From: an uncultured Gammaproteobacteria bacterium | GTDB taxonomy: Bacteria; Patescibacteriota; Patescibacteriia; JAHIZJ01 | Reading direction: 5' to 3' | Length of the DNA: 64,000 nt | NCBI GenBank assembly: GCA_964371245.1 | Contig: CAYJKP010000001.1 | Coordinates: 187,042-251,041, forward strand | Part shown: positions 18,768 through 27,841 of the stretch, piece after piece | Numbering within the stretch: position 1 is the stretch's first letter | Layout: the number at the start of each line of letters is the position of its first letter | Notes under the pieces: model-generated | What the model was told of the DNA's origin: nothing | The model's database searches: none | The model's input: the letters and a program-made list of their open reading frames with translations, nothing else | Program-made: the position numbers and the translations under genes

Positions 18768-19622
18768 ATGCTCGTCAAAACAAGCTATCTTATTCAGAAA
18801 GCACAGAAAGAAGGGTATGCCGTTGGCTGCTTCGTAGTCTATAATCTCGAAACAGCGCTGGGGGTCGCTCTGGCCGCGGTTGAGTCGCGATCGCCGGTGA
18901 TCATTGCCGTATCCGAGTTTACCATTTCGTTTCTTGGTCTCGAGACAATCAGCCAGGTAATTATGAGCCTGGCGAAGCATCAGGCGGTGAGCGTGCCAAT
19001 CGCGCTGCATCTCGACCATGGCCGCAGTTATGAGTCGGCGAAGGCTTGTCTGGACGAGGGTTTTTCTTCGGTCCAGATCGATGGCTCGCATCTGCCGTTC
19101 GAGGAAAACATTGCGCTGACGCAGAAAGTTGTTGAATACGGTCACCTGAAAAAAGTCTGGGTCGAAGGCGAGCTCGGGGCGATTTATGGGGGTCACGGCC
19201 AAACGGGAGAATACAAAGGCGAGATCCCGCTCGTTAAGCCAAGCGAAGTGAGCGAGTTTGTCGAGCAAACGAATGTCGACTTGCTGGCCGCCGCGCTTGG
19301 TACAGTCCATGGTAAATTTTCGAATGAACGCGTCCATTTTGACCTGCTCGCACAATTACAGAAAATAACCAGAACGCCACTGGTATTACACGGCGCTTCC
19401 GGCCTACCCGATGAAGAAATCACGCGAGCCGTCAAGGCGGGCATCGCAAAAGTAAACATTGGCACTGAGACGAAAAGACTGTTTATCGATTCAATACGGG
19501 AGACGCTTCAGAAAAATCCCAGTTTAGAGGGCCCACGTGAACTTATGAAACCGACGATCGAAGCCATTAAAAACATGGTCATGCAAAAATTCCGGGTGCT
19601 CGGCTCAGCAAACAAGATCTAA
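18768..19622 (+). CDS. fba: Class II fructose-bisphosphate aldolase
   Basis: HLDHG, EGELG, GTVHG, VLHGASG, KVNIGT. Confidence 0.93.
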   Translation: MLVKTSYLIQKAQKEGYAVGCFVVYNLETALGVALAAVESRSPVIIAVSEFTISFLGLETISQVIMSLAKHQAVSVPIALHLDHGRSYESAKACLDEGFSSVQIDGSHLPFEENIALTQKVVEYGHLKKVWVEGELGAIYGGHGQTGEYKGEIPLVKPSEVSEFVEQTNVDLLAAALGTVHGKFSNERVHFDLLAQLQKITRTPLVLHGASGLPDEEITRAVKAGIAKVNIGTETKRLFIDSIRETLQKNPSLEGPRELMKPTIEAIKNMVMQKFRVLGSANKI

Positions 19623-19628
19623 CAAACA

Positions 19629-20117
19629 ATGAAAAAAATTGGTGGATTTACACTTATCGAGTTACTGGTAGTGATTGCGATTATCGGTTTAATTTCGAGT
19701 ATGTCGTTGATAGTACTTCGGGGCAAGGTTAGTGCCGCCCGTGATGCCAAGCGACGGGCGGACATAGCGACCCTGCAGACGGCGCTGGCTTTATATGAGG
19801 CTGATCATCAGAGATTTCCGGGGACAGGCGGTTGCGTCATAATAGATGGCCACTGGGTATGCTCGGTCGACCAAGTCGCCTGGTTCGTGCCGAATTTGGC
19901 TGAGTATATGACGCCGTCCCCGCCACAAGATCCGGGGCACCATAAAATCAGTAGTTGGAATACCTATGGCTATATTCCATTACCAGTGATGAACCATGCC
20001 TATGCGCTGTTTTTTATGTTGGAAGGCGGACCGCAAGAGGATTATTGTAATATTGGACCTATTTCACTCGTTGAAGGAGACCCGCCTGTTGTCTGGTCAA
20101 CGCGTTGTCCAGATTAA
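19629..20117 (+). CDS. Type IV pilin / GspG-like prepilin, copy 1
   Basis: MKKIGG|FTLIELLVVIAIIG cleavage-methylation motif; ARDAKRRADI..LQTAL..Y; 4 Cys. Confidence 0.92.
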   Translation: MKKIGGFTLIELLVVIAIIGLISSMSLIVLRGKVSAARDAKRRADIATLQTALALYEADHQRFPGTGGCVIIDGHWVCSVDQVAWFVPNLAEYMTPSPPQDPGHHKISSWNTYGYIPLPVMNHAYALFFMLEGGPQEDYCNIGPISLVEGDPPVVWSTRCPD

Positions 20118-20135
20118 TCCGGGAAGCGCCCACTA

Positions 20136-20633
20136 ATGAAAAAAACAAAAGGTTTTACTCTGATTGAGCTCCTCGTCGTCATCGCTATTATCGGTTTAAT
20201 TTCGAGCATGTCGTTGATCGTTCTTCGGGGCAAGGTGATGGCTGCCCGCGATGCCAAGAGACGGGCTGACATTGCCACGTTACAATCCGCGCTCGAGGTG
20301 TATAATTTTGACAAACAGCGCTATCCTGAACAAACATGGTGCGCTTGGCTGCCGAGCGGCCACTGGGTTTGCATAATCGATGAAATAAGCAATGACCTGC
20401 CTGATTTAGATGATTATATTAAACCGAACCCGCCTTCAGACCCAGGCCACCATAAGATTGCGGATTGGAATATGTATGGGTATATACCGAATCCAAATCC
20501 AAATCATGTGTATGCCCTTTTATTTATGCTTGAGCAAGGGCCCCAAGAAGACATGTGCAACATCGGACCCATAGATATCATTGATGATGGCATGAACGAT
20601 CCAATTATCTGGTCCACGCGTTGTCCCGATTAG
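20136..20633 (+). CDS. Type IV pilin / GspG-like prepilin, copy 2
   Basis: MKKTKG|FTLIELLVVIAIIG; paralog of its neighbours, ends WSTRCPD. Confidence 0.92.
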   Translation: MKKTKGFTLIELLVVIAIIGLISSMSLIVLRGKVMAARDAKRRADIATLQSALEVYNFDKQRYPEQTWCAWLPSGHWVCIIDEISNDLPDLDDYIKPNPPSDPGHHKIADWNMYGYIPNPNPNHVYALLFMLEQGPQEDMCNIGPIDIIDDGMNDPIIWSTRCPD

Positions 20634-20650
20634 TCATAAGTCGTACCCAT

Positions 20651-21175
20651 ATGAAAAAAACAAACGGTTTTACGCTGATTGAACTCCTCGTCGTTATTGC
20701 GATTATTGGGCTTATTTCAACAATGACTCTCGTTGTACTCCGAGGAAAAGTATTAGCTGCCCGCGATGTCAAGCGACGGGCTGACATCGCCACCCTCCAG
20801 ACCGCCATCGCCGTCTACTATTCTGATAGAGATATATATCCTCCGCCGACTGTCCAAGGTGGGCCAGACGATTGTACGCTAAACTTTATTAATAATCACA
20901 ACATGTATTTATGTGCGGTCTATGAGGAATCGTGGTTTCTTCCGACACTTTCCAGTTACATGACACCCTCGCCGCCAGAAGACCCGGGGCATCACTCCCG
21001 TCCCAGCTACGACGGTTACCGGTATATTCCCGACGCCTATGATCAAACCGGTCGGTACCGTGGCTATGTCTTGTTCTTTATGCTTGAGCAGGAGCCCCAA
21101 GAAGACATGTGCAATATGGGCCCGATGAATTTTGGAGATGGGGTGGTAACGTGGTCAACGCGCTGTCCTGATTAA
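20651..21175 (+). CDS. Type IV pilin / GspG-like prepilin, copy 3
   Basis: MKKTNG|FTLIELLVVIAIIG; start set at ATG 20651 by alignment with the paralogs. Confidence 0.92.
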   Translation: MKKTNGFTLIELLVVIAIIGLISTMTLVVLRGKVLAARDVKRRADIATLQTAIAVYYSDRDIYPPPTVQGGPDDCTLNFINNHNMYLCAVYEESWFLPTLSSYMTPSPPEDPGHHSRPSYDGYRYIPDAYDQTGRYRGYVLFFMLEQEPQEDMCNMGPMNFGDGVVTWSTRCPD

Positions 21176-21205
21176 AATTGTAGATAATAATTTAGATCAA
21201 TAGGA

Positions 21206-22234
21206 ATGAAAAACGTGAACAAAATCCGCGTGGCGATCAACGGTTTCGGCCGGATCGGACGGACAACATTTAAACACTTGCTTGATAAGGCCAGTGTCGA
21301 AGTCGTGGCGATTAACGACCTGACTGACCCGGCTACCCTGGCCCATTTATTGGCCCACGACACCAGTTATCGCCGGTATGAACGCACGGTCAAGGGGCGC
21401 AAGGACACGCTCGTGGTCGACGGAAAAGCCTATAAGGTTCTGGCGGTGAAGGAGCCGAACAAGCTTCCCTGGAAAAAACTCCGCGTCGACGTTGTGCTTG
21501 AGTGCACTGGTCGTTTTACAACCAAGGCAGAAGCCGGACTTCATCTCAAAGCCGGGGCCAAGCAGGTGATCATCTCCGCGCCGGCCAAGGGCGGAGGCGT
21601 GCCGACCCTGCTGCTGGGCGTAAATGCAAACAAGTATAAGGGCGAGCCGGTCATTAATATGGGCTCGTGCACGACCAATTGCATCGCGCCGGTGGTTCAG
21701 ATTATCCATGAGAAATTCGGCGTCAAGAAATCGATGATGACCACCATCCATTCATATACGGCCGATCAAAACCTCCAAGACGGTCCGCACAATGATTTAC
21801 GACGGGCGCGCGGGGCAGCCGAGAATATCGTGCCGACCACGACCGGGGCGGCCATCGCCGTCACCGAGGCAATTCCTGAATTGAAAAATCGGTTTGACGG
21901 TTTGTCAATCCGCGTCCCAACACCGGTGGTGTCGGTGTCCGATTTCACGATTCTGCTCAAACGCAAAGCCACGGCCGAGGAAATCAACCGAGCGCTGGTC
22001 CGGGCAGCCAACAGCCCGCGTTACAAAGGCATTCTAGGCATCTCATCTGAACCACTGGTGTCATCCGACTATATCGGCAATGAATTTTCGGGAATTGTGG
22101 ATTTGGCGCTCACAAAAGTCATTGACGGCGATTTGGCGAAGGTCATCGCGTGGTATGATAATGAATGGGCGTATTCCCTCCGCCTGGCCGAAATGGCTGT
22201 ATTTATCGGGCGAAAGATAGCACGCCGGAAATAA
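21206..22234 (+). CDS. gap: Type I glyceraldehyde-3-phosphate dehydrogenase
   Basis: INGFGRIGR, SCTTNC, TTTGAA, WYDNE. Confidence 0.98.
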   Translation: MKNVNKIRVAINGFGRIGRTTFKHLLDKASVEVVAINDLTDPATLAHLLAHDTSYRRYERTVKGRKDTLVVDGKAYKVLAVKEPNKLPWKKLRVDVVLECTGRFTTKAEAGLHLKAGAKQVIISAPAKGGGVPTLLLGVNANKYKGEPVINMGSCTTNCIAPVVQIIHEKFGVKKSMMTTIHSYTADQNLQDGPHNDLRRARGAAENIVPTTTGAAIAVTEAIPELKNRFDGLSIRVPTPVVSVSDFTILLKRKATAEEINRALVRAANSPRYKGILGISSEPLVSSDYIGNEFSGIVDLALTKVIDGDLAKVIAWYDNEWAYSLRLAEMAVFIGRKIARRK

Positions 22235-22258
22235 GCAGTTGAATATTTAACTGGGGTG

Positions 22259-22290
22259 TTGGCAGGCGAGCCTTAAGGCTCGCCTGCCAA
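22259..22290. repeat. Perfect 32-bp palindrome (REP-like) downstream of gap
   Basis: TTGGCAGGCGAGCCTTAAGGCTCGCCTGCCAA equals its own reverse complement. Confidence 0.85.
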
Positions 22291-22349
22291 GTTGCTGGTT
22301 GACTCATTACTGATTTTTTCGTACACTTTTATCGTTATAATATAAATGT

Positions 22350-22424
22350 GCCGCTATCGTCTAGTGGCTAGGACGCCAGGTTCTCATCCTGGTAACCGGG
22401 GTTCGACTCCCCGTAGCGGTACCA
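22350..22424 (+). tRNA. tRNA-Glu(CUC)
   Basis: GCCGCTA/TAGCGGT acceptor stem, CCAGG-TTCTCAT-CCTGG anticodon arm, GGTTCGACTCC, CCA; TTGACT-N17-TACACT upstream at 22299-22327. Confidence 0.96.
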
Positions 22425-22433
22425 GATGTTTAT

Positions 22434-23879
22434 ATGCTCGGAAAAAGATATTTTTCGTTACTAGTTCTCGCCGGCTTTCTGTGTCTGACGTTTCTCGTCC
22501 ATTTCAGAGTATTGAGGGTGTACTTTTTATCTGACGACTTTGGCTATGTCCTGTTGGCCCGTGATACCTCAGTGTCCGAGAGTATCAGCTTAATAACAAA
22601 GGAACAAAAACTTGGCTCGGGAACCGGGCTATATCGACCGATGGTTGATATAGCTTTTGTTTTTGCTTACCAGTTCTTCAAGGAAAATCCGGCCGGCTAC
22701 CATGCCACCAGCCTCATATTTCACGCGCTGATCGCCTGGCTTTTTTACCTGCTTATCTCAAGGATGAGCCACAACAAGGGGCTGGCTTTTTTAGCCGGCG
22801 CGTTTTTTATCGTTTACCCGATGAACATTGAAAGCATTGCCTGGCTGTCTAATTGGACCACACTGATATCCAGTTTGTTTATCATGTTGGCCATCTATCT
22901 GTATTGGGAATATCGCATTACAAAACAAATATATTTATTTTTCATTTCCCTATTAGCCATACTGTTTTCCCTTCTTGCCAAAGAGACCGCAATTATCATG
23001 CCCCTGGTTTTGATTGCGCTTGATCTGATGAGGAGCAAATTAAATGGCCAGACGGCGAAGAAAGTGTTTAGAAACTGGCTCAGTTATGCGGCCAGTATTG
23101 TGTTAATTGGACTGTTTTTTGCCTGGCGGTTTATCATGCTCAAAGGCCGGGGCGGTTATCGAACCTCCGATGGTGAATCCATTTACGGCAGTTTGACACA
23201 CAATGAAGTCATTACATTTCTCACCACCATAAAATATTTTCTGTTTAATTATCTGAACGATGTGGTTTTCCGCTTTCAAAACCGGCTAGCAATAATCTAT
23301 TGGTCAGTTTTTGCCGCTGTGCTTGTTCTGGCGGTATTGTACCTGGTGAACAAAAGGAAAAATATAAAATATTTCTGGCTGTTATTCGGCCTTGGCTGGA
23401 TTTACATTTTTACTTTGCCGGTTATCAATCTTTTAAACGGCATACACCGGGACTTATCCGGCTCGCGCTTTTTATATCTGCCAGGCTTGGGATTTTGCCT
23501 GCTGCTAGCGGTGCTGGTTTTGGATTTTAATAATCGTCCGGGAAAAATGCTTACATACGCCAAAGGGGCTGCGGTTGGGTTGTTTATTGTGGGTTTCAGC
23601 TTTTTGTCTTATAAAAACCAGGTGCCGTGGCTGGAAGCTTCGGCCCAGGTCCGGGCCGTCGGCGATAAAGTGCAGGCCAGCGTTAAAGACCCGCCGAGGA
23701 AGGCCGAATTTTATTTTAAAAATTTACCGGATAATTGGGCGGGCGCGTATTCTTTGCGCAACGGCATAGAAAACTATCTGCTGCTTTTGTACGACAAATC
23801 GCCCAGATACCTGACTGCGAAAAGGGTAGAGGAGTTTCCAGTGCAGAAGAGCGGAAAAAGCATGTATTTCTTTGATTAG
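22434..23879 (+). CDS. Multi-pass membrane protein, probable GT-C fold glycosyltransferase
   Basis: FLSDDF after TM1, YRP, AGYH, E.IAW.S, SLLAKETAI, RFLYLP; AT-rich. Confidence 0.72.
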   Translation: MLGKRYFSLLVLAGFLCLTFLVHFRVLRVYFLSDDFGYVLLARDTSVSESISLITKEQKLGSGTGLYRPMVDIAFVFAYQFFKENPAGYHATSLIFHALIAWLFYLLISRMSHNKGLAFLAGAFFIVYPMNIESIAWLSNWTTLISSLFIMLAIYLYWEYRITKQIYLFFISLLAILFSLLAKETAIIMPLVLIALDLMRSKLNGQTAKKVFRNWLSYAASIVLIGLFFAWRFIMLKGRGGYRTSDGESIYGSLTHNEVITFLTTIKYFLFNYLNDVVFRFQNRLAIIYWSVFAAVLVLAVLYLVNKRKNIKYFWLLFGLGWIYIFTLPVINLLNGIHRDLSGSRFLYLPGLGFCLLLAVLVLDFNNRPGKMLTYAKGAAVGLFIVGFSFLSYKNQVPWLEASAQVRAVGDKVQASVKDPPRKAEFYFKNLPDNWAGAYSLRNGIENYLLLLYDKSPRYLTAKRVEEFPVQKSGKSMYFFD

Positions 23880-23953
23880 CGGCTAATTATGCTTTGAATA
23901 ATCGTGATAAAGACGGCAATCGAATATCGAACTAAACATAATCCAAACCAACT

Positions 23954-24435
23954 ATGCCCGATCAAACAATAAAACCCACTGGTTGCTACGACCCGTTCGA
24001 TCCAGCGCCGTGGAGGAAAAAGAAATTACCTGGAACGACAAACAATTCGTCAAAGACCACATCACGAGCCTATTTCACATTCCTATGAACATGGGCAAGA
24101 AAATCGTCAAGAACATGGCCCTGATCGAAAAAGCGGGCGCGAAGGCAAGTTATCAATTAATGCTAACGGACGAGAAATCGCTCTGGGGTTCGGATATTTA
24201 TATTGATGTAACGAAACCAGTGTCCGGCGCTCAGATGAATACTGTTTCCGGAACATTTCTCACCAAAGTATTCGAGGGCCCTTATAAAAACGCCGGCAAG
24301 TGGGCCGGAGAAATGAAAACATACGTTCAGTCAAAAGGGAAGACAATAAAGAAACTTTATTTCTCATATACGACTTGTCCCAAATGCGCCAAGGCGTATG
24401 GCAAGAATTACGTCGTGCTTTTTGCGCAGGTGTAA
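23954..24435 (+). pseudogene. Conserved-looking hypothetical gene (GyrI-like C-terminus) split by an apparent 1-nt frameshift near 24014
   Basis: The ATG 23954 frame gives MPDQTIKPTGCYDPFDPAPW, drifts and stops; the -1 frame continues EKEITW...FEGPY...YTTCPKCAKAYGKNYVV. Confidence 0.6.
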
Positions 24436-24508
24436 CGGGTTGGTACTATTGTCGATATAATTTTCAATAAAAGTTGTCTCTTTCAAACAAAGGGAGGCTT
24501 TTTACGTC

Positions 24509-24537
24509 TTGACAAAAATCATATATTCGTGTACCAT
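24509..24537 (+). promoter_or_regulatory. sigma70-type promoter for the orphan gene at 24615
   Basis: TTGACA-N17-TACCAT. Confidence 0.7.
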
Positions 24538-24614
24538 CTTTAAGTCCTATAAATGTAGGACGTTTTCACTCCTGCTTCGGCAGGGAGGTCGAACCACGCG
24601 GTGTAGGAGGGTTC

Positions 24615-25619
24615 ATGGGAGACAACGGGGGAAATCCACGTATCTTTGTCAGCGACCTGATCGGATCGCTCGAAGAAGCGTATGGCAGCCCGATCAAGGA
24701 GCTGGACCGCCAGCGGGAAGAGGGCCTTCGACTCGAAGGCAACGTTCCCGTCGGCAAGGTCATGCGGGCGCTCGTTCAAGCGCTCCGTCTCGTGTCAGGG
24801 CCGGCGGCCACGATTGATCGCGATCGGAGGCCCAACAGCAGCGATGAGCTGGTTCAGCTCATCATCGACCTGGCCATCGAGGCCAACTCGGACGACGCCG
24901 AACCGGCCGAAATCGACGTCACGATCGCCTATCTCGTCGGGTTGTTGGACATTTTCTACCGGGATCGCGATCCGGAGGGCCTCATACCGTACGCGGCCTA
25001 TCGGTCGAAGTTGCTCTGTAACCGACTGCTTGATGGGCGTATGGACGCCCGGCATCCACCGAAGGCCGACGAGATCGACGACATCGCCGAGCTTGGCGCC
25101 AGATACGGAGCCGAAGCGATGTCGGCCAATCCGGACGACTGGACCGCCTTCGTTCCGAGCACACCGCGCCAGGTGCGTCTCGCGGTGAAGATGGACGCCG
25201 GCGTCACGGACACGGAGTGGAGCGAGCTGCTCCAGCGGCTGGTCGCAAGGTCCGCAGGTGACCGGAAGTTCACCAGGACGGATGAAGAGGTCTTCGCCGA
25301 GCTGGACACCATGAGACATCAGGCCGAGGAGCGGCGGAAGCTCGAAGAGGAGCTGCCCGCGCTGCTGCGGCCGGCGCTGGCCAGGCTCGGTCTCCCCGAG
25401 GAGGCGGCTCTGAGCGTCAAGGTGAGTGGTCAGTTAGGAAGTCTCACGGCGCAGCGGTACACCGTCGAGCTGAGTCCGTCAGGCTGCCCGCACGGATGTT
25501 TCGGCATCACCGTCCATAGCCACGAGGCGCAGAAGAACCAACTGATGGGCGGTCTCAGGTCGATGTTGAGCCGCATCTTCGGCGGAAACATCGATGAGGT
25601 CGAAACGATCAGGCTCTAG
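24615..25619 (+). CDS. Hypothetical protein (GC-rich orphan)
   Basis: 334-aa ORF with strong G/C third-position bias, AGGAGG before the ATG, own promoter and terminator; no family recognised. Confidence 0.75.
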   Translation: MGDNGGNPRIFVSDLIGSLEEAYGSPIKELDRQREEGLRLEGNVPVGKVMRALVQALRLVSGPAATIDRDRRPNSSDELVQLIIDLAIEANSDDAEPAEIDVTIAYLVGLLDIFYRDRDPEGLIPYAAYRSKLLCNRLLDGRMDARHPPKADEIDDIAELGARYGAEAMSANPDDWTAFVPSTPRQVRLAVKMDAGVTDTEWSELLQRLVARSAGDRKFTRTDEEVFAELDTMRHQAEERRKLEEELPALLRPALARLGLPEEAALSVKVSGQLGSLTAQRYTVELSPSGCPHGCFGITVHSHEAQKNQLMGGLRSMLSRIFGGNIDEVETIRL

Positions 25620-25642
25620 TCAGGAGGGATCGTACACAAAAG

Positions 25643-25678
25643 CCCCGCATTGCCTTCAAGGCAGTGGCGGGGTATTTT
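25643..25678 (+). terminator. Intrinsic terminator
   Basis: CCCCGCATTGCC TTCAA GGCAGTGGCGGGG followed by TATTTT. Confidence 0.7.
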
Positions 25679-25877
25679 CTTACTCAAGCATCCTTACATA
25701 CAATTGATGTGGCCCATCTTAGGCACATTTCAAATATATAAAGAAAAGCTGAAAAATCAATTAATTTTACATGACGTTGCGGATAAACGGTCGTGGTAAA
25801 AAAACGGCCACGTTTACCCAAAGGGTAAAATCAGCTACAATAAAGGGGTTGTTTTTATTTACTTCACACGAACGATT

Positions 25878-27029
25878 ATGCGCATCGGCATAGTAACCCA
25901 GGCGTATTTCCCGATCCACGGCGGCGTCACCGAAAACGCGCACCATACCGCGCTCGAGTTGGAAAAGCTCGGCCATGACGTGACGATTATCACGGCCAAT
26001 GTTAATCGGGATGATCGGAAGTTTGACCACCGGCGGCTGCGGCGGGTGGGTTTTGACGTGACGATTCCGGCCAACGGCGCATTTGGCAATATCACTGTTG
26101 GTTTTAGGCTGCCGCGGGAGCTCCGGGCGATTGAACGCGAGAAAAAGTTTGATCTCGTCCAGATCCATTCGCCGATGGACCCGGTCCTGCCGCTTGTTGC
26201 TCTAAAAGTTTTTTCGGCGCCGAAGGTCGGTACCTTCCACACGTATATGGATTCATCGGTCGGCTTGACGTTGTTCCGGAGGCCGTTGCAATGGTATTTT
26301 AACCGCTTGTCCGGTCGGATTGCCGTCTCGACGGCGGCCGAAAAGTTTGCGAAAAAATATTTCCCCGCTGACTACCGAGTCATTCCAAACGGAGTGGATA
26401 TCGACCGCTTCAATCCCGCGGTGATGCCATTGGAAAAATACCAGGATGGATACACGAATATTCTCTTTGTCGGCCGGCTGGAACCGCGCAAGGGTCTGAA
26501 ATTTCTGATCCAAGCCATGCCGATCGTTCTGGCGGCCATTCCGAAGGCGCGCTTAATCGTGGTTGGCGGCGGCGTCCTTCGGGAATATTATCGCCGTTTT
26601 GTCATGGATGAAATTACCGACCGCGTCATTTTTACCGGCTTTGTCCCGGCTGAGGATCTGCCGCGCTATTACCGGACCGCCGATCTGTGCGTCTCACCGG
26701 CCACGCAAGGGGAGAGCTTTGGGATTGTCTTGATCGAAGCCATGTCCGCCGGCAAGCCGATCGTAGCCTCGGACATCGAAGGGTACAATACCGTGATCAA
26801 TGACGGCCATGAGGGCTTTCTCGTGCCGAAGGAACACCCGTTGAAACTGGCCGAGAAGATTATCGAACTGATCCAGAACAAACCGTTGCGGCTGGCCATG
26901 GGCCAGCGGGGGAGAGAAAAGGCGCTTGGTTATTCGTGGCCAAAGGTCACCAGCCAGATTATTCGATACTTTGAAGAAATACTCGGCCAGAAAGGCAAAC
27001 CATCGCGAAAATTGGCTAGCCGTCGGTAA
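25878..27029 (+). CDS. GT4 glycosyltransferase (PimA-like)
   Basis: HGGV, VGTFH, IPNGVD, FVGRLEPRKG, GESFGIVLIEAMSAG. Confidence 0.92.
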   Translation: MRIGIVTQAYFPIHGGVTENAHHTALELEKLGHDVTIITANVNRDDRKFDHRRLRRVGFDVTIPANGAFGNITVGFRLPRELRAIEREKKFDLVQIHSPMDPVLPLVALKVFSAPKVGTFHTYMDSSVGLTLFRRPLQWYFNRLSGRIAVSTAAEKFAKKYFPADYRVIPNGVDIDRFNPAVMPLEKYQDGYTNILFVGRLEPRKGLKFLIQAMPIVLAAIPKARLIVVGGGVLREYYRRFVMDEITDRVIFTGFVPAEDLPRYYRTADLCVSPATQGESFGIVLIEAMSAGKPIVASDIEGYNTVINDGHEGFLVPKEHPLKLAEKIIELIQNKPLRLAMGQRGREKALGYSWPKVTSQIIRYFEEILGQKGKPSRKLASRR

Positions 27030-27064
27030 AAGAGGCGATATTTCAATAATTCTTGACCGGGGGC

Positions 27065-27093
27065 TTGACACCCCTTTTTTGTTGGGGTATTCT
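27065..27093 (+). promoter_or_regulatory. sigma70-type promoter of the hrcA operon
   Basis: TTGACA-N17-TATTCT immediately upstream of the CIRCE. Confidence 0.75.
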
Positions 27094-27097
27094 AGAC

Positions 27098-27124
27098 TTA
27101 GCACTCGATGAAATAGAGTGCTAA
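27098..27124. promoter_or_regulatory. CIRCE operator (HrcA binding site)
   Basis: TTAGCACTC-N9-GAGTGCTAA, exact consensus, 10 nt before the hrcA ATG. Confidence 0.97.
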
Positions 27125-27134
27125 TTGCAAAACT

Positions 27135-27833
27135 ATGACAGAACGGACTCAAAGGCTCTTACGAGCAATCATTACCGAATATATTCAAAATCCCCATCCG
27201 ATCGGCTCTCATGTTATTGTTGAAAAATATCTGAAGGACGTCAGCTCGGCCACGATCCGAAATGATATGGCGAGGCTGGAGGAGCAGGGGTTCATTGAGC
27301 AGCCCCACACCTCGGCCGGTCGCGTGCCGACGATCAAGGCGTATGAATATTACGTGGCGAATTTTCTGTCTCGGCCCGGACTCGACAAGGCGGAACAGCA
27401 AAAATTACGCCGGGTTTTGGCCCAGCATCACGGGGAAGCGGCCCAGCTCATCCGCGAACTGGCCAAGGCGGTTGCAGATGTCAGCTTGGCGGCGGTCTTC
27501 GTCGGATTTTCGCCCCGGGACGCGTATTACACCGGTTTGTCGAATCTCTTTCGTCAGCCGGAGTTTTCCGAGATCGATCTGGTCCAGAATTTTTCTGAAA
27601 TCGTCGACCACCTCGACGAGGTAATGGAAGACTTATTTCCCCGGGTGACCGATCGAGTTGAGATCCTGCTCGGCAAACACAATCCCTTCGGAACCACCTG
27701 CGGCGCGCTCGTGACAAAATACACCCTTGGTAAGAATCAAAACGGCATGTTTGGCATTCTCGGACCGATCCGGATGCCCTATGACCGCCATCGCGCCTTA
27801 CTGGAATACACCTGTAGCTTACTACATAAATAG
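27135..27833 (+). CDS. hrcA: Heat-inducible transcription repressor HrcA (short form)
   Basis: SSATIRNDMARLE, QPHTSAGRVPT, GILGPIRMPY; CIRCE upstream. Confidence 0.94.
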   Translation: MTERTQRLLRAIITEYIQNPHPIGSHVIVEKYLKDVSSATIRNDMARLEEQGFIEQPHTSAGRVPTIKAYEYYVANFLSRPGLDKAEQQKLRRVLAQHHGEAAQLIRELAKAVADVSLAAVFVGFSPRDAYYTGLSNLFRQPEFSEIDLVQNFSEIVDHLDEVMEDLFPRVTDRVEILLGKHNPFGTTCGALVTKYTLGKNQNGMFGILGPIRMPYDRHRALLEYTCSLLHK

Positions 27834-27841
27834 CATCATTC

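Noticed and set aside
19629-21175. Pilin repeats as a diversity-generating retroelement or shufflon
   Set aside because: No reverse transcriptase or recombinase in the window, differences are not confined to adenines, and all copies are co-oriented intact genes.
22346-22534. 62-aa ORF overlapping tRNA-Glu
   Set aside because: Spurious reading through the tRNA and into the next gene.
24682-25319. Long alternative-frame and antisense ORFs inside the GC-rich orphan
   Set aside because: Expected in GC-rich coding DNA; only the 24615 frame has an SD, a promoter and third-position bias.
22424-25700. Integrative island at tRNA-Glu
   Set aside because: The genes look accessory, but I found no duplicated tRNA-Glu 3' end and no integrase.
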